From the human T2T-CHM13v2.0 reference genome, Homo sapiens, in NCBI RefSeq assembly GCF_009914755.1, contig NC_060935.1: DNA of 64,000 nt; one strand, 5' to 3'. Made by a program: the position numbers and the translations under genes. The notes beneath the pieces are model-generated. The model did not search any database, was not told the DNA's origin, and saw only the letters and a list, made by a program, of their open reading frames with translations. Shown here in pieces: positions 32,341-45,145 of this stretch. Within the stretch, counting starts at the first letter, position 1, and each line of letters starts with the position of its first letter.

Positions 32341-35300
32341 AAAATTAAATCCTTCAAACTCTTCCAGACTCAGCCCATATCCCATGTTACAGATGAGGAA
32401 ATTGAGGTGCAGAGAGGTGCAGTGACTTTCCAAGGTCACCAGGGACAGATCCCAACACAAACTTTCTGACTCCCAGGCTGGGCTTCTCCTGCTTTGCCAG
32501 ACTACTATCCTCTGCCTGTGCCTCCCCAGGGAAGTCCCCACTCCAGTCACAGCCCTTTGTTAGCGTCGTGTGTATGTGCAAGGTGAGGTGTGACTGGAAC
32601 TGATGGGACAGCGCTCAGAGGACAGAGCAGGAATGGTCAGAGGACAGGGAAGGAATGGTCAGAGTGGCGTCTACGGGTTGTGTAAGATTTGACCAGTTGG
32701 TGAAGATGTGAGCAGAGGTGTGGAGTGGAGAGCCTAACATCACTTAGTGTTCACAAAGTCCTCTGCTATTCATTATTTTATCTGTGTGTCTCATCATCCT
32801 GCAGACTATCAGTCCTATTTTACAGAGGGGTAATTTAAATCATGGGTACATAGCCAAGAAGTGGCAGACCTGGGGCAGGATCCCAGGTCTCCTAACCCCC
32901 AAGTGAGGGCATTTCACACTCCATAGCACAGCAGGGCTGAACTGGGCTGAAGCAGATTAGAGGTGGTTTGGCAGGGTGTAGGGGGTGGTCAGAGCTCAGG
33001 AGTCCCTTTTCTGAGTGTCAGGGATGCTAAGACAAGGGAGGACAGCCCTGTAGCCCACCTGGGCATCACTGTTATTACAGGCTCAGCAGCACCTAAGGGA
33101 GAGGAGAACAAGACGGGAAGGGAAAGGCAGGGCTGTAGTTAACACACATCCTCCATCCCACCAGCCCTTCAGGCCTGGTCTTGCAGGCACTGGAGCTGGT
33201 TCCATGGGTTGCCAGAGGAAGCCTGAGAGAGGGAGGCTGGGAGAGGGGGCGGGGAACCTGATCCTGTGTATATGTCAATACCCAACAAAAACTTGTGTAG
33301 GGGGGTGGGGTGCATTTGGGTTACTGGAGTTACACAGACATGTGTGTACATGGATTGTGTGAAGGGGCTGCTCAAGTGCCGTGTGTGCACCATGTATGTG
33401 GGTGCACATACGCCTGTGTATATAGCGAGTCAGTGGGCTTGTGTCTCCTGGGTATTGTGCCAGGCATGTGGGTGAAGGCGCTGGAGTTCCTATGTGGCTT
33501 CGCTCAGCACCAGGATTGCAGACGGGTAGGGGCGGGCCTGCTCTGGGAGGAGGAGGGGAGGAATCATGTGCCCACCCACCCCCACATGGACCGGCTGCCC
33601 ACCCTCCAACGTGGCAGCACGCAGGACAGCCCTTTTTGGATGGAAGGCCCCACGCTCCAAGAGAGAGAATCCAAGATTACAGAAATCGTGTTTTCCTGAC
33701 TCATGCCTTGGGCTGAGAGCACATTCTTGGCTCCTGGACAGCATCTCAAAGAAGAGCTGCCTATAGCAGCCCTGGCTCCCTGAGGGAGGGGGCCGACCCT
33801 GGACTGGCTGTCGGAGCTTTCTGGGCTCCAATTTTATACCAATGTAAAAAGAAGGGGATTAAACTTCCTTCCGATTAACGTTCTATAATTAAAAGTGAGA
33901 CACTAATGACGGTGCCCAGCACAGGCCTGGCAGCGGCAAAATGGCCCATAAATGTCACTTCCTTCTCGTCCACTCCCTGCCTTCCCGTGGATATGGCATA
34001 AACAGACCTGATTCAAAACCCAGCTCTGACTCTGGCTTGTTGTGTGCCCTTAACCCTGTTGCTTAGTCTCCCTGATCCTCAGTTTCTTCATGCTGAAAAT
34101 TGGAACATTCTTCCTTACCTGAAAGGAATAAATATGATAATAAATGTGAATGTGTTGCACACTTAAATGACATGCAAGTTTTTGTCCTAGGATTCTATGG
34201 GGTGAAGACTGAGTGAATCTAGCCACTGGGGCCAAAGAAAGCTGTTTCCACAGCACCTGGCAGAACTGGGCCTACATACCCCCCTGGGTCATTAGAGGGT
34301 ACTGTGGGAGAAAGAGGGCTGGGAGTCCAGGGCTTAGGCTCCAGCCCAGCCCCACCTCTGATATGCTGTGTGACCTTGGGTAAATTCCTGCCCTCTCTGG
34401 GCTTCCGTTGTCCTCTCTGTATAGTGTGGATGCAGTTGGACTTGATGGTTTTCTACTTTCTGCTGTCCACACCTCTCGGGACCTAGGGATCTAGAGGATT
34501 TCCAGCCAGCCTCCACGTGCCAGGCACCAGGACCACTTCCTTCAGTGAAGCGAGGCACTGGAGGAGTCCAGAGACAAAATGCTTGAGAGTTTCTCTGCTT
34601 ATCAGACTCTTCTCCCCCACCCCCTAAAAGAGTGCTTTTTCCGGAAAGCTCTGCCTGGAATGTGGGGGAAGGGCCACAGTCAGTCTGGGCTGGGCTCAGA
34701 GCTAAGAATATTGTGGCAAAGGCTCTTGACTTTTTTTTTTTTTGCTGATCTTGGAAATTTAAAGGAGCCGTTGCTTTCCCTTCTTCAGGGAGGCTGTGCT
34801 AGGGGCACAGCAGCCTCAGGCAGCCACTTCTCATCCCCTGGCCAGCCATGCTTACCCAGTGCCTCTTCCATACTGTCCCCTTGCTGGAGCTGGGGACTCA
34901 CAGTGACAAGGAAAAGGCCCTGCCCTTCCAAAGTCTCCAGTGATGGTTCACTGACAATACAGGGTGATAACAGAGATAATGCAGCAGTGGGATAGGTCAC
35001 AGAGGAGGCTTCTGACCCGGTGTGAGATTAGTGGGGGTCGGATGGGGGTTGGGCCTTCAGACCCAGCCCTCCTTAGGCCTCAGCTTTGCTGTCTGTAAGG
35101 GCAGGTCCTCTCTTCAGTGACCACTCATGATACTGGGTCTATTTAACAGCATGAGCTTTGGTTTATCCCTCAAAATGGGACAGTCACAGCACTCTCAGTC
35201 TCCCCCTCAGGTGTTGGTGAAGCCTAAAAGAGCTAAGAGATGTAAGAGAGTAGAGGAAGGGAGTCTCACTGGGATTGTGACATCTGAACCTGCTGAAAAC

Positions 35301-35421
35301 CCAGGCGACCCTCTCTGTTTTGCCAGCATTGATGGGCACTCTTTGTTTCTGCTCTGCCCTGCCCTCAGCTCACTGACCAAGTCACAAGGAAGCCTGAGGG
35401 CCAATGTGGGGGTGGGAGTAG

Positions 35422-35769
<348 letters not shown>

Positions 35770-37557
35770 TAGAATTTATCTTTAAAAGCAATATACAGTT
35801 GAGGCAGGAGGAAGCACATGAGAACCACGACAGCCACCCCAAAGAGATGGACACCATGCCAAGGCTGGAAGCTTTTGTTAATAATCAGACCTGTCCTAAA
35901 AAAGAATGCGGGGCTGCCTCTGAAGGAGGTAAGCTCTCTCTTCTTAGAGGTGCCTCGGTGCTTGCCTTTTTGGGATACTGAGAAGAGGGCTTCTGCCTGG
36001 GGCTGCAGACAGGAACCCCTGACCTCTGAGATGCCTTGCAGCTCAGAGTCTTTAATACATTTATTCCAGAATCCTTCGACTCTGAGATTTTAACATGTTA
36101 AGATTCCTTAGCTGGATTCAAAGACTCCTTGGGGGCTTTGAGTGGAAGTAATCTCTGATTCCTTGACCCTGAATCACAGAGTCTGAAACTTTTGGGATCT
36201 GAGATTTCCCACAGTCCTTGTACTCAAAAGACTCTGAGCTGCAGAAGCCTACCCAGACAGAGAGGTTTGTCACCACCACCAGGCTTCCCCACAACCACTA
36301 ACAGAGGGCAGGGACCCAGGTGATTGACTCATTTGCTGGGTACTGGGATTTTTTTGCTCCCCAGGATCCAGGCAAGCACCTAGAAGAAAGAAGATACTCA
36401 ATGCATTCATTCATGACTGAATGAATGAAGAGTCCCTACCCTGTCCCTTCCTCTCCATACTGCGTCCATCCAATAGCTATCATTAAACTACTAAAGAGGA
36501 CTTTTCGGAGGGTAGGGAGCCTCGGCTGATCAGAAATTGAGCCACTGTCGCCCAGATTATTTAGGGTTTCCTAAATAATCTGCCTCACTGAATCACTGAA
36601 TTCCCTACTAACAGGTACATACCCCACAGATGGACATCGCACAGGGCAAGGACTTTGTTCAGCTCTCAGCTGTGTCCTCAGCACCTAGAACAGTAATGAA
36701 TACCCTAGCTTAACTTGGAGGTCAAGGAGCTATCAGTTTGCGAGGGTGGGGTAGGAATTGACAGTGAGACCTGAGGCCTGTGGGAGGGGACCCAAAGAGG
36801 GAGGGGATGCAATAGGGAGGGGGCCAGGGGTGACAAGGATTGAGGAAGGGAGAGAGGGGGGAAAAAAAGCAAGGGATGCCTTAGAACCACATTTCACAGC
36901 CAAGGGAACAGAGGCCCAGAAAGGGAAAGTAACCTGCTTAGGGTCACACAGCACCTTGCTCAGTGGAGAGCCAGGTTTTCCTTCCTGTGCACTCCTCCAA
37001 GCCCAGCCAGACCACCTGAAGTTCCCCAGGCATCTCTGCCTCTATTACTCCACGACTTGAACTTTCCGGGTGCCGGGCAGGTACCGGGTCTGGTCTGCTC
37101 CCTCTCCCTCTGGCCATCGCTGAGGTTGAGGTTTTTTGAATGTACAAGTATGGAGAAGGGCACTGCCTTCAGAAGCCTGAACGTCTCCCCTGAGAGGGAG
37201 GGGGTGCACAGGACTCAATTGTTTCAGCTTGAAAATGGGGGAGAGCGGGGAGAAGGGGAGATGGCTCTGCTTGGGGCAGAGCCCCTGCGGGGAAAGGGGC
37301 GCCTGAAAGGACGTGCGATTCGGAGTGGGCTAGCTTATGCAGAGAGCCTGGGGGTGGGAGGAAGCTCGCACTCTGAAGGACACGCTGATCCCCGTGGGGA
37401 CTCCCGGCGCCCCGCAGCCCGGGCCGCCGAGGGAGGCAGTAGGACCCAGGGGCCGGGAGGCGCCGGCAGAGGGAGGGGCCGGGGGCCGGGGAGGTTTTGA
37501 GGGAGGTCTTTGGCTTTTTTTGGCGGAGCTGGGGCGCCCTCCGGAAGCGTTTCCAAC

Positions 37558-37572
37558 TTTCCAGAAGTTTCT
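37558..37572. promoter_or_regulatory. SERPINH1: Heat-shock element (HSF1 site)
   Basis: tTTCcaGAAgtTTCt is three perfect alternating nGAAn units, with an extra GAA/TTC at 37544-37553. HSP47 is a known heat-inducible ER chaperone. Confidence 0.93.
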
Positions 37573-37603
37573 CGGGACGGGCAGGAGGGGGTGGGGACTG
37601 CCA

Positions 37604-37610
37604 TATATAG
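37604..37610 (+). promoter_or_regulatory. SERPINH1: TATA box
   Basis: TATATAG about 30 nt upstream of the presumed TSS (~37636). Confidence 0.85.
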
Positions 37611-37635
37611 ATCCCGGGAGCAGGGGAGCGGGCTA

Positions 37636-37701
37636 AGAGTAGAATCGTGTCGCGGCTCGAGAGCGAGAGTCACGTCCCGGCGCTAGCCCAGCCCGACCCA
37701 G
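37636..37701 (+). other. SERPINH1: SERPINH1 exon 1 (non-coding; start approximate)
   Basis: Downstream of TATA; donor CCAG|GTGAGG at 37701/37702. Confidence 0.85.
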
Positions 37702-39108
37702 GTGAGGGGCGGGAGACGCCTGCGTGCGTGCGGCCCGGGGGAGCGCCGAGCAATCTGGGGGTGCGCGAGGGAGTAAGAGGGGCGAGGGGACCCTGCGAAG
37801 CGTTGGGTGCCGAGCCAGAGCCTACAAATTGGAGTCCTCGGCACTTTGGGGGCCGCTGGAGGGTTTGGAATCGAGAGCCCAGGGCTAGCCAGTGATGGTG
37901 CCAGCTGAGGGCTAGGGCGGAGATCGGAGCCGGGTTGGGAGTCCGTGCACTCGGAGGACTGGGAAAAAGTGCAGGGACCCCTAAAAGGTGGTGGTGGCAG
38001 ATACGAGACTAGGTGCTGTGTAAAGGGGGCTGGGGGCAGAGAGCAGAGCCTCTGCGGAAAGAAACAGAGGAGGAAGGAGATGGGTCTGGTGCCTCTTCCC
38101 GCAAGGGTAGGGAGGATAGGCCGGCCTCGCAGTTCCAGGTCACTTCCGTTCTGGGGTTGAGGCTCAGGGGCAGCGGTGATTGGTGGCCCAGCCTCCTCAC
38201 AGGCTTGCTGAGGGAATTTGAGCTTCCGGTGGTGGGAAAGGAGGTGAAATCGTCTCGACTCCTGGGGTCCGTGTGCTCTGGTAGAAGTGGGCGACAGTGG
38301 CTCAATTTCTGATCAGCAGCTTGCAGCCTAGATGATGGCAGCCAAAGGAAAGACTTGGCCAGCGAGGCTCCCTACCACTCCGAAAAAAGAGAGTGGGGGT
38401 CAGCAGGGTCTGCTCTGCTCTGGGGATTAAGGGGCTGACTAGAAGGATTTGAGTCTTTCCTTCTGTCCACTGCCACAGGGTTCTTGTAGTAACTGCAGGG
38501 TTTAAACTGCAGGGTCTAACTTCCAGAGGCTGGGGTTCCCTGCCCCCCAGCTTAGAGACATTCCTGAGGTGGCTGAAGAGCAGGAAGGAGAATGAATGCA
38601 CTTCCAGACTGGCCCAGAGTCTCAGCCCCTCCTCTTCCTTGTTTCCCGCTGGTCCCTCTGGGCTGTACGGCCCGGATGGAGGCCTGAGGAAAATGAGGGG
38701 GCTTTGGTTCTCCGGAATTCCGGCCGGGGCCACACCCTCCTGTCTTCAGATGGTTCATGTACCCATCCCCCCTTCCCGTCCTCTCCTTTGTCTCCTCTGT
38801 CACCGGGACTCCCAGCAGAGATTTTTTTTTTGTACTGGCTGTGTAACAGGACACCGCATGCAGCCCTCAGGAGGGGCTCTGTGCTTCTGTGAGGAAGGAC
38901 CCCTGTGCTGGGAAGGCAGACCCCTGTTTATCCCGAGGGACCTGGGGTGACCCCCTGCCCTGGCCTCGTTTCTCCCATTTTACAGTGAGGTGGTCGATCT
39001 CCAAGGTCCCTGTAGATTGGGGACTGGTTGTGCCCTCTGCGCCAGGGGCCTCCTCACCATCTCTCCTTTGCCGGCTCCCGCCCTCTTCACTCTTCTGTTT
39101 TCTTTCAG

Positions 39109-39152
39109 AATGAAAAAGGCAGGCATTGACCTCCCTCTGAGGCAGTTTCCAG
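39109..39152 (+). other. SERPINH1: SERPINH1 alternative 44-nt 5'UTR cassette exon
   Basis: Long polypyrimidine tract plus TTTCAG| acceptor and CAG|GTACTT donor. I recall this sequence in a longer SERPINH1 5'UTR variant but cannot verify it here. Confidence 0.75.
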
Positions 39153-41727
39153 GTACTTTAGACCTCTCAAGTGTTTGGGACCCTCTGGTGGGGTCCCATC
39201 ATCTCCTCCCCTTCCCTTCCAGACCCTGCTCAGTCCAGCTAGCTGTGGGCACAGCCCTGGCTAGGTGATCTTGTATTTTCTTTGTGGGACTGTAACTCAG
39301 CTAACCTTGGCCTGAGGGCTGGCATTTCTCTGTGGCAAGACGGGCTGGGCTGTGGGAGGCTGGCCTGCTTGCAGTAACTTGCCTTCCCCCATTCCTGCTG
39401 CTGGGTTCAGTGGGGCTGCCCTTCTCCCCAGTAGCGCATTTCCCTTCAGAGATTCATGTGCGGATGGGAAGGGAACTAAGGCCAAGAAGGCTCCTGGAGT
39501 CCCCTGGCAAATATGTGGCACCCCCTGGGACCTGAGTCAGGCCTGCTTCCCAGGCTGGAAGCCCCCCTCTGCCGGCCGGTGGAGATAGTTCAGCCTCCTG
39601 CCTGCCACGTCACCACCAGGAGCAGGCGCTAAGCTGCCGCGGGCCTAGCGGGCTGCCTGAGGAATCCCAAACCAGTTATTTGGAGCTTGCTTGAGAAGCC
39701 CCTCCCAGTCCTTTGAGGTTCTGGCTGGTGGGGGTGAGGGCTGTCAAGATGGTACCTGCCACGTGGCATGGCTGGGAGTGGGCTCTTCAGCTGCCTCCTC
39801 AGGGAAGGAAGGCTGGTGGCCTCTGCTGTGGTCTGAGCTCCAGCATCACTGGTCTGGATCAGAGGTGGATTTTGAGTAGGGTGGCCATATGCCTATTGTC
39901 CTGGCATAATAATTAGTAGTGCCCATTTTACTCTTATAAGTGTCCTTGTTTGTGCAATAAATTATATGGTTGCTCTGCCTTTGAGGCTCCAGTTCTGGCA
40001 GGGAAGGAGCCAGAGCTGGGAGGGAGGTGTCTTGGGGTTTATTCTAGGCCCCAAGATATCCCCTTCATTTTAGGGTGAGACTCAGATCTCCCCGCTCCTT
40101 CCAGACATTTTTAGATCTCTGGGCCTTCCCTCCTCTCCCCACCTTCCTCCCCTTGGACCCTTTGCTTATCTTATACTGCACCTTCAAGGCTCCGAGGAGG
40201 GAGGCAGTCCCGGGAGATGGGGAGCCTGTCCAGGTTTTTGGGATGGCAGCAGTAGAATCTTCCCAGAAATACAGTGGTCCCCAGGCAGCCAGAGTCCTGA
40301 GGGTCTTCCACCAGGATTTCAAATGTTCGGTCTTCTTCAAGGATGACTACAAGTTGGGATCTACCAGAGCAGTGGGATCGCAGCCTCCACCAGGATTCCT
40401 TCTATCCTTCCCTTTGCCCTGTCATCTCTCCTGTGCTGTTGCATGATGTAGAGGAGGATAATGGCCCGAAGGGAGAGAGGGAGTGTGGAAGTATCCCAGG
40501 AACAGAGACTGTCCCAATTGGAGGCCCCAGAGAGGGAACTGGGGCTTGTCCTTGGGGCCACTGCTACTGCTGGGGCTTGGGGAGGAGGCCTGAGGGCAAC
40601 CCTGAAGCCGTGGAGCAGATGGCCTGTGTGGCAGTGGCTGTCAGATTGGAGGGCAGAATGGAATCTGATGTGGCTCCAGCTTCTTTGAAGGCTGAGTGCA
40701 CATCTGGCCAGCTGCTGGTGATGGGGAAGGGGGTCACTGCTCTATTGAGCTATGTGTGACTCACCCTTTTCCCTAGTATCCTGTCCTTGTGCTATGTCAG
40801 GAAACCTCCTCCCCAGCCCCACCGAGTCTTCAAAGGAGTTGGTCCCCCAGGAGCTTTTGTCCTGGGGATTTCCCATCCGCACTGGGAGCACTGTGGGTAG
40901 ATGGGCATTCCAAGTTCCTGCCCAGACAGAAGCCATGGGCATGGAGACCTGGACCTTTCAGCTTGGAAAAGGGAGACTGAGGCTGAGTGGACACAGGACA
41001 CACACACACTCTCAGGGTCACCCTTGGGGCAGCAAAGTGGAGCATCTTGGCTCCCCATTTAATGAGTGACCCAACTGGTGACTCATTAACATCCCAGAGC
41101 ACAATGAAAGGCATGGGGGCGGGGCAGCCCTCCGGCTCTGTCCCTCATCCCTTGCCCAGGCATCTGGGTTTCCTGCAGATTCTCAGCTCAGCTGCTGCTT
41201 TTTCTCACTGGAAAAGGGCTCCCAGGGCTATGTGAGATCAGGGCTGACCACTCTATAAACTGATGAGGACCCCAGGTCTGGCCAAGTGACCCTGTTTTAC
41301 CTTCGTTCAGGAAGAGCTGAGGCCTACTGTGTACTAGGCACGGGAGATATAGTGGCAACCAGATTGGCTAGCTTTTCTGTCCTGGAGGCCACAGCCTACT
41401 TAGGAGCAGAAATAGTTATGAAATAAACACACAAATAAGTGGAAGTGTTGGCTGGCCGATGCAGGAAATCAATAAGGTGGTCTGGTGGTGACTTGCTGGG
41501 AATGCTTCTTTGAGTAGGGAGGTAACAGAGGCCTCTGAGAGGCTGGCAGCTCTGAGTCAAGTCTGGGATTCCTGGACTGTGGGCTCTCTTGCCCCCATCT
41601 CCAGGGGACTTGTGGCAGCCAGAGAGCTGAGGGTGGTTGTTGGGGAGGAAGGCCTTGGGCTTCAAGACCACCCTGTCTGTGCAATCCTCACAGGCCCACC
41701 GTGGTGCACGCAAACCACTTCCTGGCC

Positions 41728-42349
41728 ATGCGCTCCCTCCTGCTTCTCAGCGCCTTCTGCCTCCTGGAGGCGGCCCTGGCCGCCGAGGTGAAGAAACCTG
41801 CAGCCGCAGCAGCTCCTGGCACTGCGGAGAAGTTGAGCCCCAAGGCGGCCACGCTTGCCGAGCGCAGCGCCGGCCTGGCCTTCAGCTTGTACCAGGCCAT
41901 GGCCAAGGACCAGGCAGTGGAGAACATCCTGGTGTCACCCGTGGTGGTGGCCTCGTCGCTGGGGCTCGTGTCGCTGGGCGGCAAGGCGACCACGGCGTCG
42001 CAGGCCAAGGCAGTGCTGAGCGCCGAGCAGCTGCGCGACGAGGAGGTGCACGCCGGCCTGGGCGAGCTGCTGCGCTCACTCAGCAACTCGACGGCGCGCA
42101 ACGTGACCTGGAAGCTGGGCAGCCGACTGTACGGACCCAGCTCAGTGAGCTTCGCTGATGACTTCGTGCGCAGCAGCAAGCAGCACTACAACTGCGAGCA
42201 CTCCAAGATCAACTTCCGCGACAAGCGCAGCGCGCTGCAGTCCATCAACGAGTGGGCCGCGCAGACCACCGACGGCAAGCTGCCCGAGGTCACCAAGGAC
42301 GTGGAGCGCACGGACGGCGCCCTGCTAGTCAACGCCATGTTCTTCAAGC
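41728..42349 (+). CDS. SERPINH1: SERPINH1/HSP47 coding exon 1 (exon begins 41694): signal peptide [18 protein letters not shown] to ...NAMFFK
   Basis: Translation matches HSP47; acceptor CACAG|G at 41693/41694, donor C|GTGAGT; 622 nt coding. Confidence 0.99.
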
Positions 42350-42693
42350 GTGAGTCGGGGGCGCGTTCAGGGGTCCTCCTCCTCCTCCCAGGACCCCCTG
42401 CAAGAGTTAGGACGACATTCCGTGCGCTCCATTCTTCACTGCCTCTCATTTATGCTGTGACAACCCAGGGAGGCAGGACTGTCACTCAGCTTTTTGTACA
42501 GACTGGAAACTAGATTCAGAGACAGGTAGCAGCGTGTAAAGGAATGGTTCAGGGAGCGGAGGCCCCAGAGGGACTCCATGGAATGTATTCCGACCGAATT
42601 TCGTCAAAGTGCTCGTCCTTGTGTATCTTGGAATGAATAACATTTAATAATCCATTCTGCCTCAGTAGTGAGCTAGAGAAAGAACTCAAATCC

Positions 42694-42999
<306 letters not shown>

Positions 43000-43392
43000 A
43001 AGACCCAGAATCCTTAAAGCAACCTTGGGGGCAGGCAGTGTTACCTTCATTTCACAGTGAGGAAACTGAGGCTCAGCAAGGAGGAAGCAGAGCCAGGCCT
43101 CAGGCCCAGATGCCTCTGTCTTCAGTTGAAGATTAGATGTAGGGTTAATAAATATTTTTGAGTACCTCCATAGACAACACTATTCTCACAGTTTGCTGTG
43201 AGAATGAAGTAACCCTCGTTTTACAAATGAGGCCAAGCTAGGAGAGCTGAGGTCTCCCCGAGTCAGTGGCTGAGCTTGGATTGGAACACAGGTCTGGCTG
43301 TGAGCAAGGGCAGGGTTCAGGCCACTCTCAGACATTTTTTGTTGTTATTTTCTGGTCATGGAGACAGAACTTGCAGAGGAAAACGAAGGGTG

Positions 43393-43692
<300 letters not shown>

Positions 43693-44107
43693 TTAAGGGT
43701 GGTCATGGGGCACTCCCTGCCCAGGGCACAGCTGTCCCCCAGGTACCAGGGAGGGTAGAAAGCCCACCTCAGAGCATGTTTCCAAAATATCTGACAAGTG
43801 CTAGAGCCGGGGGTGGCCATAGAGGTGGCTGACCTGAGGGCGGAATTAATTCTCTATCATATGGGAGCAGCAGGCACTGACTGTAGGGAACCGCATCCTC
43901 AGATGGCATGTCCTGGGGCCAAGACCCCTTCCCAAAGCTGGGAACATAGACTCTGTGGGCTGGGTGCTCTATAGCTGGGCCCTGAAGAATGGAGCAAAGA
44001 CCTGTGGCAAGGATAAATCAAGGTCTGCAGCCGGGGGTGGCTGTGGGCTGTGATTGTGTTTGGGGGCGGCCATGTGTCTCTGACCCTGTGTTTTGCCCCA
44101 ACTACAG

Positions 44108-44206
44108 CACACTGGGATGAGAAATTCCACCACAAGATGGTGGACAACCGTGGCTTCATGGTGACTCGGTCCTATACTGTGGGTGTCATGATGATGCACC
44201 GGACAG
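44108..44206 (+). CDS. SERPINH1: SERPINH1 coding exon 2 ([34 protein letters not shown])
   Basis: TACAG| acceptor, CAG|GTAGGT donor, 99 nt, phase consistent. Confidence 0.99.
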
Positions 44207-44315
44207 GTAGGTGCTGTGAGGAGCAGGGTGTCAAGGTGGGTGGGGGTCCAAGGGTAGTTGGTCTGACCCACCCCTGCACACAGGGTGCCCAGTGTCCTTT
44301 CCGCTCCTCTCCCAG

Positions 44316-44548
44316 GCCTCTACAACTACTACGACGACGAGAAGGAAAAGCTGCAAATCGTGGAGATGCCCCTGGCCCACAAGCTCTCCAGCCTCATCAT
44401 CCTCATGCCCCATCACGTGGAGCCTCTCGAGCGCCTTGAAAAGCTGCTAACCAAAGAGCAGCTGAAGATCTGGATGGGGAAGATGCAGAAGAAGGCTGTT
44501 GCCATCTCCTTGCCCAAGGGTGTGGTGGAGGTGACCCATGACCTGCAG
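44316..44548 (+). CDS. SERPINH1: SERPINH1 coding exon 3 ([13 protein letters not shown]...VTHDLQ)
   Basis: CCCAG| acceptor, CAG|GTAAGG donor, 233 nt. Confidence 0.99.
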
Positions 44549-44569
44549 GTAAGGGGTGGCCCAGCCTAG

Positions 44570-45145
<576 letters not shown>

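Larger units (their letters stand above)
37280..37950 (+). promoter_or_regulatory. SERPINH1: SERPINH1 CpG-island promoter
   Basis: CpG-dense, G-rich Sp/KLF-type boxes (37470-37492, 37584-37597), HSE and TATA box upstream of exon 1. Confidence 0.9.

Noticed and set aside
35799-35928. Cryptic exon upstream of SERPINH1 (MDTMPRLEAF..., donor GAG|GTAAGC)
   Set aside because: The donor is strong, but the acceptor lacks a polypyrimidine tract, and splicing to 41694 would be out of frame with HSP47; no other support.
41688-42449. Antisense and shifted-frame ORFs over the first SERPINH1 coding exon
   Set aside because: Shadow ORFs caused by high GC3 codon usage.
42350-42513. C-terminal extension of the 270-aa ORF 41701-42513
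   Set aside because: Read-through past the canonical GTGAGT donor into the intron; the serpin sequence continues at 44108.
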